From an uncultured virus (IMG/VR IMGVR_UViG_3300025010_000044) (lineage: Duplodnaviria; Heunggongvirae; Uroviricota; Caudoviricetes): 24,769 nucleotides of DNA. The stretch is taken from the IMG/VR virus record IMGVR_UViG_3300025010_000044; one strand, given 5' to 3'. The notes beneath the pieces are model-generated. The model was not told the origin of the DNA. It saw only the letters and a program-made list of their open reading frames with translations, and did no database searches. This document shows positions 7,961-16,433 of this stretch, in pieces (positions within the stretch are counted from its first letter, which is position 1; every line of letters begins with the position of its first letter). Both the position numbers and the translations under genes were made by a program.

Positions 7961-7992
7961 CTCCCGCTCTTTGCTTAGGCAAGGGGTGGGAG
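7961..7992 (+). terminator. RNA hairpin between tube and chaperone genes (attenuator/processing/stability element)
   Basis: CTCCCGCTCTTTGC-TTAG-GCAAGGGGTGGGAG: 14-bp stem with three G.U pairs, followed by TAATTTT. Confidence 0.6.
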
Positions 7993-8009
7993 TAATTTTA
8001 GAGGCAGAA

Positions 8010-8471
8010 ATGGACAGCAGCATTAGAGAAAAGATTTCATTTACGATAGATGAAAAGACATTCGAGTTTTTTGCAGAGCCTAACGCGATCGAAAGCAGAC
8101 AAATACGCAACGAGATGGCGGAACTGTTGGGCGGGCTTGATAACCTTCTTGAGCTTGAAAATTTGATTAGCCGAGAGTACAGCAATTATTTCGGCAAGAT
8201 AGAGAAGTTACCGGGCAGCAAAGAAGCCGAAGAAAAGAAGGATGAAGTTTTTGAAACGATGGTACGTGATCAGAAGTTTTACCTAAAACTTGTTAGCGTA
8301 ATCAACGAGAAAAAGAATTTACAGCAACTTGCCTTTCTTAAAGTAATGAAAATCAAGCCTTACGATTTTGATTTCTATTCACAGAAGGAAGAATATTTAA
8401 GAAAGATCGTTGTAGAGTTGGATGCGAAGCTTGAGGAAGTAAATAAAAAAAAAGTTACTACCGAAGCCTAA
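8010..8471 (+). CDS. Tail assembly chaperone (gpG-like), 153 aa
   Basis: Between tube and tape measure genes. ATG 8010 with GAGG SD at 8001-8004; acidic/helical; ends just after a slippery A9 run. Confidence 0.75.
   Translation: MDSSIREKISFTIDEKTFEFFAEPNAIESRQIRNEMAELLGGLDNLLELENLISREYSNYFGKIEKLPGSKEAEEKKDEVFETMVRDQKFYLKLVSVINEKKNLQQLAFLKVMKIKPYDFDFYSQKEEYLRKIVVELDAKLEEVNKKKVTTEA
8445..8454 (+). other. Programmed -1 ribosomal frameshift site (A AAA AAA)
   Basis: A9 run at 8445-8453 encoding KKK, five codons before the chaperone stop. The -1 frame is open from 8447 to 8782. Confidence 0.8.
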
Positions 8472-8782
8472 TAGCTCTTGACGAACAAGCACAACTACTG
8501 AGCGAAGATTTTGCAAAAGAAATTGAAGAACGCTCTACTTTAAAGCAGTGGTGGAAAGCCTTTTACGGGTATAGTAGTAATGATGAGAGATATTTGACAG
8601 TCACTGAAACTCAAATTCTTAACGACTACATCGATCTTAAGATAAAGAACTACAGAGAAAAGTACCCGGATAAGTTTATTGAAGGAACGGCGAAGGCAAG
8701 AGCGGTTAATCCAAATTACGATCAGCAAACGAACGAGGCTTTTAAGAAAGCACTTGAAAATATTGAAGTGGTGAACTTATGA
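8447..8782 (+). CDS. Frameshift extension of tail chaperone (gpGT-like, fused product ~257 aa)
   Basis: -1 frame reads KKSYYRSLIALDEQAQLL...KQWWKAFYGYSSNDERYLTVTETQILNDY...IEVVNL*. It has no ATG of its own and its stop overlaps the tape measure ATG. Confidence 0.75.
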   Translation, partial: KKSYYRSLIALDEQAQLLSEDFAKEIEERSTLKQWWKAFYGYSSNDERYLTVTETQILNDYIDLKIKNYREKYPDKFIEGTAKARAVNPNYDQQTNEAFKKALENIEVVNL

Positions 8783-11511
8783 CAAACGAAAGCGAATTAG
8801 CCCTTAGCATCAGAGCAAGAATTTTGCCAATGATTGAGGGCTCCAATGAATTCTTCTCTCAGCTTGAACAAACCCCACAGCGTATTACTGCGCCTATGCA
8901 GCAATTATCCCAAGACCCAACGTTCCAGCAAGGTTTAACGCCGCGCCAGATATCCGGGGTACAAGCGTTTGCCGGAGGTGAGGATCAAATGGAGATGCAG
9001 GATTACCAGGCAAAGATAAAAAAGCTTAGAGATGAAATAGCGATCAGCGTTAAGGCAAGCGAAGAGAGCGGACACAAAATAACAACTTACGATTTGTTTG
9101 GCATGCACAAAAAGATGCTAACTGAGCAAGCTGCTTTAGAGGATTTTCGCGGGAAACAAATGGCAGCTATTGATGAAATGGACATACCAAAAGAGAAGAA
9201 AGAGTTTATGAAAGAGGCGCTTGTAAGCGGGATAAAAGACGCATCCGCCGGGTTAGATGAACTAAATCCCAAATTAAAGGAAATGGTAGGGCAGATGAAA
9301 GAAGGGGGCGAGGCGGGGAAAGGTATTTATTCGATGTTGCAGCAAGGTGGATATTTGGCTTTAATGGGGCAAGCTACACAGACGGCTATGGGTTGGGCGC
9401 TTAGTGAGGCGAAGATATCGGCAAAGGAACTAACCTCTTTTAATTTAACCTCTCCAATGGGAAGTTACGCAGCGGGTGAGGAAGCAAAAGTATTTAAGGA
9501 AACCACGGAACGAACAAGGGAATCGGAACTTATAGGAAAAATAGTTGGAGCAATTGCGGCAGTTGGTTTAGTTGCGGCAACCGGAGGAACGGGTGCTATT
9601 CCGCTTGCGGCAATGGCTGCAGGTGGTTCTATGTTCGGTGGAATGATGGGGGGGCAATTTGCGGAAATTGAGAATACAGAAAGCAGGGCAAAGTTAGAAG
9701 CGGACATAAAATACAGGTCAGAGGCTTATGCAGAGGCATCAAGGTTAGTACAATCTTCAATGGCGTATGATATAAGCAAATTTAAGGCAGGACAGAGATT
9801 TGGAAAAGAGGGAATTGGTGGAAGCGTACTCGGTTATTCCCCGGATGAGACTTTAGAGTTACAGAAAAGTTTTGGCGAACAATACGGAAGGATGGATGAA
9901 GATTTATTTAAAGAACAAACATTATTTGCACGGAAAAGCGGACTTGACCCAAGGCAGATGTATCAGTTTGGTGAAATGGAACGGTTGACGGGGAATAAAC
10001 TCAGCTACGGTGAATTTTCAGAGGTGGAAAAGAAATCGCAACAGTTATTTGGAACCGACGTTGACAAAGAGAGAGTAGTTGACATACTGAAAGATATTCG
10101 TAGTGTTGCTATGAAGCAGTTGAAAGCCGGGATTGATACGCATGATGCGATTAGGTTTGCCGTGGACTTGCCGAGAATGTTAATGGGGAATGCTTCTCCT
10201 TACGGTAGAGCCGGAGATTTAGGAGCGGAAACATCAAGCGCGTTTGAGAGATTTGGCAACCCGCAAAATTTAGCGCAAGAATCGATTTTGTTTAGAGCTT
10301 GGGGAGAAAAAGGTATGTTTGGTCCAGATGGATATTTGTCACGGAGACGAGAGGGGATAATGAACCCAAGAAACTTCAGACCGGCAATAGAAGAATATAG
10401 GAGAGAAGGCGGTTACACAGATAAAGGGGCGCAGGCAATAATGGAAGGTATTGATCCGGGAATAACAATGGCAAAACCCGTTTACGATAAATTTATTGGT
10501 CTATTTGGAGAAAAAGGGGAGGCGCAATACGATGAATACAAACTTGATAAGAATGGGAAAAGAATAGCGATAAAGGGTGAAAAAGATGAGAAGGGTGAAC
10601 AAAAATATGAGATGGAATCGAAAACAGTAAAGTTAGAAGAATTCTATAAAATGGTGGAAAGCGAAGGTAAGGGAATAGGAGAAGGAGGAAAAGAATTCCT
10701 TGAAACGATGAAAAAGGCAAACAGTTTTAGAAGCGCAGAGGAAGCGCAACAGGTGATAATTAGAGAGAAGAACCTTGCCGCCGCAGACGCATTCCAGAAG
10801 ACAATTTTTGACGGGCAAAAAGCGCAGGCGGGATTTTGGGTAGATATGAGTAAGAACGCTGATGTACAAAAAGATATGGTAGAAACAATACGAAAAGGAA
10901 TTGATGCTCAGTACACTTGGATGATAACGAGCGGGATAGAAACGAATCAAGTAAAAATAAAAGAATTTCTCAAAGAACAAAAAGAACATGCTTACGAAAG
11001 GGCAGGGATAAAAGACCCAACCAACCTTAGTATTGATAAAAGAAGAGAAATACTTGAAAAACAAGGGTATAAAGAACTTGAAAGAATAATAATTAAGGCA
11101 GGTAAATACCCCGATGAGATGAAAGATGCAAGTTCGTTGGAAACTAAAGAACGAGTACAAAAAGACCTTAGCGGAAGAGGATATAAAGGAGATAGAGAAG
11201 CATTAGAAGAGCTAAAAAAACAAAAGGAAAAACTTGGGACAAGTCTTTTTGAAGAAGACATGAAGATCCCCCAAACATACAGAAATGAGCCGCAGAGACA
11301 GACGAGTGAAGTGAAAGAACTAACGGCAAAGTTAGACGGGATGGAAACGATGAACAGGCAAATGGAATCGTTAATAAACGGCATGTACCACTTAGGGGAC
11401 AAGCTTGAACTTGCATCAATGCGGCAAACAAACACAAAAGTAGAAATTAAAAGCGCAGATAATGATGTGTACGGGCAGCAAACAGATTACATAGAAGAGA
11501 ATAGGGCGTAA
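8779..11511 (+). CDS. Tape measure protein, 910 aa
   Basis: Longest ORF, follows the chaperones. Helical and E/K/A/G/M-rich, with a hydrophobic Gly/Ala segment (IVGAIAAVGLVAATGGTGAIPLAAMAAGG). Confidence 0.85.
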   Translation: MTNESELALSIRARILPMIEGSNEFFSQLEQTPQRITAPMQQLSQDPTFQQGLTPRQISGVQAFAGGEDQMEMQDYQAKIKKLRDEIAISVKASEESGHKITTYDLFGMHKKMLTEQAALEDFRGKQMAAIDEMDIPKEKKEFMKEALVSGIKDASAGLDELNPKLKEMVGQMKEGGEAGKGIYSMLQQGGYLALMGQATQTAMGWALSEAKISAKELTSFNLTSPMGSYAAGEEAKVFKETTERTRESELIGKIVGAIAAVGLVAATGGTGAIPLAAMAAGGSMFGGMMGGQFAEIENTESRAKLEADIKYRSEAYAEASRLVQSSMAYDISKFKAGQRFGKEGIGGSVLGYSPDETLELQKSFGEQYGRMDEDLFKEQTLFARKSGLDPRQMYQFGEMERLTGNKLSYGEFSEVEKKSQQLFGTDVDKERVVDILKDIRSVAMKQLKAGIDTHDAIRFAVDLPRMLMGNASPYGRAGDLGAETSSAFERFGNPQNLAQESILFRAWGEKGMFGPDGYLSRRREGIMNPRNFRPAIEEYRREGGYTDKGAQAIMEGIDPGITMAKPVYDKFIGLFGEKGEAQYDEYKLDKNGKRIAIKGEKDEKGEQKYEMESKTVKLEEFYKMVESEGKGIGEGGKEFLETMKKANSFRSAEEAQQVIIREKNLAAADAFQKTIFDGQKAQAGFWVDMSKNADVQKDMVETIRKGIDAQYTWMITSGIETNQVKIKEFLKEQKEHAYERAGIKDPTNLSIDKRREILEKQGYKELERIIIKAGKYPDEMKDASSLETKERVQKDLSGRGYKGDREALEELKKQKEKLGTSLFEEDMKIPQTYRNEPQRQTSEVKELTAKLDGMETMNRQMESLINGMYHLGDKLELASMRQTNTKVEIKSADNDVYGQQTDYIEENRA

Positions 11512-13163
11512 TGGGAAGAACCATTATAATAAAGCAACCGAAGCAAAGGAAAGTAATTCCCGAAGTAATTTCTTTCCGTAATCACATTAAAAACTTTGCA
11601 GATCAAGAAAATTTTGATGCGAGCAGATATGCATATTCAATAAATTTATTAAATGATGTTGACGGAGTTTTGGCAACGGCAAGAGTTTCGTTCACTTCTG
11701 CAATTGCACCGGCGGGGCTAAACATTGGGCACAATCAATTTTATAATTTGATGAAAATTAAACTTGCGGTTGGGAGCATCATCACTATTAAAATGGATAG
11801 CAAAAACAGTAAGCCGGATTTTCTTGGAATGATTGACAGAATTTACGAAGGTAAAATTTCAGATAGCGGCAGTGTTGGAAGAACGGTAAATATTAATTGC
11901 AGTTTGCTTGTGCCGAAAATGCTGATTAAAGATTCTATCCCCAATTCACCGGTATTAAGTGCCGATAAAGAATATTTGGAACCCAGACTTGGTGAGAATC
12001 GCTTAAAATTTTGGACTTACTTAAGGGGTGCAGAAATTGATAGCAAGGATTATCCTTTTAACAGTGAGCCGATTAAAGGGATAAAATGGGTATTACAGAA
12101 TATGCCCGGAACAAATATCGACAATAGCCCTTTCCGCGAAACGATCAAAGAAATGATCGACAACAATACAACAGATGTTGACGGAGTATCTATTTTCAAT
12201 TTTGAAATGTTGAATAATGAAATAATGTTCGATCCATCGAACTCGGTTTTTTTTGGAACTGTGTATGAGTACATACGGAAATTTTTAGACAATTATTTTT
12301 ATGAAATGTTTTTTGATACTGTAAAGGGGAAGAACGGGAAAACATACAATTCAATGACAATCCGGACAAAACCTTTTTCCTACAGTGATAATGAGAAACG
12401 AGGCTGGAAACTTTGGGATGATCTTGACACGGTAGTTTTTAAATCAGAGTTCAGAACAAGGGAAGAGTTGGGGACAGATGAATTTGAGCTGAGGAATTTT
12501 TTTTCAACTACCTATACAAGCAGCTTAATTGCCAACCAGGAAACCGCATTAGGAAAACTTGGAGCAATGTTCCCGGTAATCCACTTAGAGAGCATTAAAG
12601 AATATGGTTTACGGGAATTGGCGGTAAACTCGACAAATCTAAACATAAGGGAACTTACCGCAGAAATAAAGAAAAAATTAGAAAGCGGTGAAACGCCAAC
12701 GGAAGAAGAAAAAAGGGAAGAGTTTAAGTGGTTATTGGAGAAGCGAGATAAGGTTTTTCAGTGGAATGCTTGCAACGAACTTTTTGAAAAAGGAACATTA
12801 ACGGCATTAGGGAATAGTGAGTATAGAATTGGAAGAAAGTTGTTTTATCAAGACAAAGAATATTTTTATCAATACAATGATTTGAAGAACCAAGCGCAAA
12901 AATTTACCGGAGTTGAATATTATATAAAAAGTACAGCAAATAGTTGGACTTACGGTGCAGAATGGTTTACCGCTATGCAGTTGGTTCGCGGACAGGCAAA
13001 GGGAGTTATTAACGAACACATAATAGCTATGGAAAGTAAACCGGATGTTATTTTTAAGAAAAATAATTTAGATGGAAAAACAACAGCGGCAACACCAATA
13101 GATACAACCGAGAATAGAAGTAAGTATGAAAATGATCTAAACGGAATGTTGACAATGGCATGA
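11511..13163 (+). CDS. Baseplate hub protein (gp27/Tal-like), 550 aa
   Basis: Follows the tape measure gene (TAATG overlap). Motifs FYEMFFD, IR-KPF, I--YGLR, G---YRIG, EYYI--....W...W-T---LVRG are typical of hub proteins. Confidence 0.7.
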   Translation: MGRTIIIKQPKQRKVIPEVISFRNHIKNFADQENFDASRYAYSINLLNDVDGVLATARVSFTSAIAPAGLNIGHNQFYNLMKIKLAVGSIITIKMDSKNSKPDFLGMIDRIYEGKISDSGSVGRTVNINCSLLVPKMLIKDSIPNSPVLSADKEYLEPRLGENRLKFWTYLRGAEIDSKDYPFNSEPIKGIKWVLQNMPGTNIDNSPFRETIKEMIDNNTTDVDGVSIFNFEMLNNEIMFDPSNSVFFGTVYEYIRKFLDNYFYEMFFDTVKGKNGKTYNSMTIRTKPFSYSDNEKRGWKLWDDLDTVVFKSEFRTREELGTDEFELRNFFSTTYTSSLIANQETALGKLGAMFPVIHLESIKEYGLRELAVNSTNLNIRELTAEIKKKLESGETPTEEEKREEFKWLLEKRDKVFQWNACNELFEKGTLTALGNSEYRIGRKLFYQDKEYFYQYNDLKNQAQKFTGVEYYIKSTANSWTYGAEWFTAMQLVRGQAKGVINEHIIAMESKPDVIFKKNNLDGKTTAATPIDTTENRSKYENDLNGMLTMA

Positions 13164-14080
13164 AAAAAAGAAATGAAAATATTGTTTCGCGCGAAAAAAT
13201 CTTTTTTGTCGGTAAGTTGGTCTTTAACCGGAAAGAGAAAAACACCTATTTCCGGGACATGAACGGAGTGCTGCATGATTTACTGAAGATTAGTTTTTCA
13301 TCAAACGAATTTAACAGCGAAGACGGGAACTTGATTTTGCCGAAGCCGGAGATTATAGACGGGAACGGCGCTATTGAAGAATCGGGCGATGCGCTGCTGT
13401 ACTCGTATATAAACGGGAACGAGAACGATATTGTAGTTATTTCATCGATCTATAACATCAAATTAAGCCATGTAGATAAACAGTTAAGGATGGGAACTGA
13501 TGATATTGACGCGATAAGAAAACGAATTGGGGTAAGGAACAACAAAAAACGCTATTTGGTTATAAACGATGACGGTGCCGGTAATTATTATTTTTATCTA
13601 AAGGGAAAGGATAAGAACGGAAATGTTGGGGTAAAAATAACCGGTGACGGCGAAGCAAACGGGAATTTTAAGTTTGAATTAAATGGTAAATGTTTACTTA
13701 AACAGGTTGATGATAAAGGGGAATTGATAAGTAAAATATTTATGGATAATACCAAAGACGCAGAAAAAACCATACTTGAGGATAAACACAAGAACGTAAT
13801 TACGATGAGCAAGGATGGAGTTACTATTACCGATCAGAATAAGAATTTGGTAGAACTGAACAAAAAAGGAATGATTGTTAAAGGGGAATGTATCGATGTT
13901 AAAGGGCGGGATTCAACGAGCGCATTAACTCTGAAAAAAATATTAATTGATTTTGTAGATGCAATAATAGCAATGACGCAACCGACAAACACCGGCAGTA
14001 CCATTGCTCCACCGGTTAATATGAGTGACTTTATGAAAGTAAAACAAGACGCAGAAAAATTACTGAAGGAGAACAACTAA
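13160..14080 (+). CDS. Putative baseplate central spike (gpV/gp5-like), 306 aa
   Basis: After the hub gene. C-terminal short beta-strand repeats (ILEDKHKNVITMSKDGVTITDQNKNLVELNKKG) and a T-TG-T--P-N tail. Confidence 0.6.
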   Translation: MKKRNENIVSREKIFFVGKLVFNRKEKNTYFRDMNGVLHDLLKISFSSNEFNSEDGNLILPKPEIIDGNGAIEESGDALLYSYINGNENDIVVISSIYNIKLSHVDKQLRMGTDDIDAIRKRIGVRNNKKRYLVINDDGAGNYYFYLKGKDKNGNVGVKITGDGEANGNFKFELNGKCLLKQVDDKGELISKIFMDNTKDAEKTILEDKHKNVITMSKDGVTITDQNKNLVELNKKGMIVKGECIDVKGRDSTSALTLKKILIDFVDAIIAMTQPTNTGSTIAPPVNMSDFMKVKQDAEKLLKENN

Positions 14081-14081
14081 C

Positions 14082-14330
14082 ATGGCACTAGCAACAGCGG
14101 CATTAAAATCAGCATTAGAAGATGCGTTGCAAGCAAATATCCCGGAAGCAGAAGGTACGGGAATAGCCAAAGCGATGGCAACGCAAATGGCTGAGGCGAT
14201 GGCAAACGCATTTGAAGCATTCGTAAAAAGTGGAAAAGTTAAGTTTGCAGCAGGGGATGTTACAGGCACAGCACCATCCGGTGGTGGACCAATAACCGCA
14301 GGTAAAGCAAGTGGAGGGACAATAGAGTGA
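14082..14330 (+). CDS. Small Ala/Gly-rich virion protein following the spike, 82 aa
   Basis: AGGAG SD; N-terminal helices plus a Gly-rich beta C-terminus. Position suggests spike-associated. Confidence 0.65.
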   Translation: MALATAALKSALEDALQANIPEAEGTGIAKAMATQMAEAMANAFEAFVKSGKVKFAAGDVTGTAPSGGGPITAGKASGGTIE

Positions 14331-14333
14331 AAA

Positions 14334-14412
14334 TTCAAATTTCAACCCTAAGATTTTTAGAGAATAGATTATTTAACGGACGTATTAAAACAAAGTATTT
14401 GCTCAAGTATTA
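14334..14412 (+). promoter_or_regulatory. Conserved upstream element, copy 2 (candidate late promoter)
   Basis: TTCAAATTTCAACCCT (14334-14349), 32 nt, then GTATT at 14382, 14395 and 14407. ATG at 14419. Confidence 0.6.
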
Positions 14413-14418
14413 TTGCCA

Positions 14419-15177
14419 ATGAAACTCTATTTCAACATACCACAAATGCCTTATATCGTTTTTGAGCTTCTGAAGATCAAGATAGACGATTACGTGGACG
14501 AAAACTATGTTGCTGAGAGCGTTGATACTATCTACTTGCAAACTTTCCCGGAGCAATATGATTTTAGATTAAGAGCCAGAGATGCAATGACGCAAACAGA
14601 CAGCGAAGTATTTTTGAATAAATATGATTTTGCACCGGAACGATTGAGTTTTAACGGTACGTTTGGGGTAAAAGATCGCGGTATGATGAGCGGCTATAAC
14701 CGTTTGAAGCAATTTGAGAAGGAAATAATCCTAAGAAGCAAAACAGCAAGTTTGCCGGGCACGGGAGACGGTGAACGGTTTATTTATGTCGTAAATTTTT
14801 ACGGCTTCGAGTTTGGCAAGTTTGGTAATATAAATGTTTCTACGTGGAATACTCGCGGGAATGCTAGAGAAAATTCAGACTTAATAAAATATTCCTTTGA
14901 ATTTGATATTATCGGTAAGCTTGTAAAAACTAACTCAAAAGACCAACTGCTTATTGCGCTAAATGGTTTATTTGGGGAAGATGGGCTTATTTCCGATGCT
15001 TTAGATTTTGTGAATAGCAATGAGACCGTGCAAGACGTTTACCAGGGCATGGAGACCATGAAACAAATTGCAACCTTACCGCAGCAAGGATTAAGTTTTG
15101 TTGCAGACACTGTAATAAATGCAGTTAAGGATGTTGGAAGCTTTGTTACATCAAGGCCGGAAGGGGGAATATTCTAA
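14419..15177 (+). CDS. Putative baseplate/tail-tube initiator protein, 252 aa
   Basis: Motifs PEQY...R---TQT, L-F-GTFG, SGY-RL--F and Y-F-F resemble tube-initiator-type proteins. ATG 14419 preferred over TTG 14413. Confidence 0.55.
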   Translation: MKLYFNIPQMPYIVFELLKIKIDDYVDENYVAESVDTIYLQTFPEQYDFRLRARDAMTQTDSEVFLNKYDFAPERLSFNGTFGVKDRGMMSGYNRLKQFEKEIILRSKTASLPGTGDGERFIYVVNFYGFEFGKFGNINVSTWNTRGNARENSDLIKYSFEFDIIGKLVKTNSKDQLLIALNGLFGEDGLISDALDFVNSNETVQDVYQGMETMKQIATLPQQGLSFVADTVINAVKDVGSFVTSRPEGGIF

Positions 15178-15966
15178 ATGACTTACAACCAATATAAAAG
15201 TGATCTCGAAACTTCCTTATCAATAATTGATTTTATGATAGGAACAGTTGAACAAAACGCAACAGATGAATTTGATGTAGTCAATTATGCGGAAATATTG
15301 ATGAATTTAAACCGTGTACAACAATTGATAAAGAGATTATTGGCGGCGAATAAATATTTAAAAATAAGCGAAGAGCAATTCTCTAAAATGTTTGACGGGC
15401 AGACAAATAAATTGGTTGAGGTAACACATACGGTTACAGGGTATGACACCCTGATGAGTATAGCTCGAAAGTATAACACCACTGAAGAAGGGATTTTACA
15501 AAAGAACAATATTCTGAGCAGCGGTATAACGGCGGGGACGGAGATATTGGTTGAGGTTGAATCGAGCATTGGCTTGAATAAAATCTATGACCAAATTGCG
15601 GTTTACGGCAGCCAAATAGGAATGAATGTATTGGGAACGGATCTACCAAACGAACTTGTAGAAGACGGTGTAGGTGAAATGAAAATATTAACGAATGAAG
15701 AAACCGTTAGCCAGGGAGTGCAGAACAGAATTTATACGAAGGCGGGAGATTACCCGTTGGAGCCAAATATCGGGATAGAACTTGCGGGAAGCGAGATACC
15801 GGCAGATTTGCAAAACGGTATGTTACTGTTAAAAATAATGGACCAACTTGAGAACGATCCGCGGATAAGTGAAGTTGAAAATTTGGAAGTTGAGGCATCG
15901 GGGAATGCAATGATAATAACGGCGCAAGTAAAAACAATTAATAATCAAATCTTAGAGATAAAATAA
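15178..15966 (+). CDS. Baseplate wedge protein: LysM domain plus gp25/gpW-like domain, 262 aa
   Basis: LysM pattern HTV-GYDTL-SIARKYNTT---I---N-I-----AGT-I-V. C-terminal gp25-like T--G-YPL-P-IG ... L--DPRI--V. Confidence 0.85.
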   Translation: MTYNQYKSDLETSLSIIDFMIGTVEQNATDEFDVVNYAEILMNLNRVQQLIKRLLAANKYLKISEEQFSKMFDGQTNKLVEVTHTVTGYDTLMSIARKYNTTEEGILQKNNILSSGITAGTEILVEVESSIGLNKIYDQIAVYGSQIGMNVLGTDLPNELVEDGVGEMKILTNEETVSQGVQNRIYTKAGDYPLEPNIGIELAGSEIPADLQNGMLLLKIMDQLENDPRISEVENLEVEASGNAMIITAQVKTINNQILEIK

Positions 15967-16289
15967 TGAACACGAAAGAATACACACAAATAACCTTTAG
16001 CGGAACAGACAGTGAAATCCTTTACATGGCAAAGCACGTATTAACTGCATTGGTAATACCGGATGATGTTGCTTTTGACACAAAAAGCTTAACAATAAAA
16101 GCCGGAGAAGGGAAAACTGATTTAAAAGAAGTTTACGATCTTGACGGCGCTGCAATAGTAGTGCAAATTGGAAGCAACCGGTACGTTTATCTTGATCTGC
16201 AAAACTTTGCCGGAGCAACGTATTTACAATTTATTGCATCTGCTTCATTAGACGGGAAGAGCATTAAAGTTGTAATGTTTGAAGTTTAA
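15966..16289 (+). CDS. Small all-beta virion protein, 107 aa
   Basis: TAATG coupling; alternating hydrophobic beta-strand pattern suggests a beta-sandwich. Function unknown. Confidence 0.7.
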   Translation: MNTKEYTQITFSGTDSEILYMAKHVLTALVIPDDVAFDTKSLTIKAGEGKTDLKEVYDLDGAAIVVQIGSNRYVYLDLQNFAGATYLQFIASASLDGKSIKVVMFEV

Positions 16290-16314
16290 CATATAAGATA
16301 AAAGATACATTAAC

Positions 16315-16428
16315 ATGAAAATCTTATTGCTTATAAACAAATTAAAAAAATATTTATTGAAATATCTACTCGATGAAAATAAAAAATTCATACGGGATGA
16401 AAATGGAAACCATATTGAAGGAGATTAA
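16315..16428 (+). CDS. Small 37-aa ORF with LLDEN..FI.DENG motif (not in ORF track)
   Basis: MKILLLINKLKKYLLKYLLDENKKFIRDENGNHIEGD*. Fills the gap before the DGR target, and its end supplies the AGGAG SD of that gene. No strong SD of its own. Confidence 0.55.
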   Translation: MKILLLINKLKKYLLKYLLDENKKFIRDENGNHIEGD

Positions 16429-16433
16429 AAGAA

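Noticed and set aside
8594..8782. Stand-alone 62-aa ORF starting at TTG
   Set aside because: The frame is open from 8447 right at a slippery A-run, so it is better explained as the frameshift extension of the chaperone.
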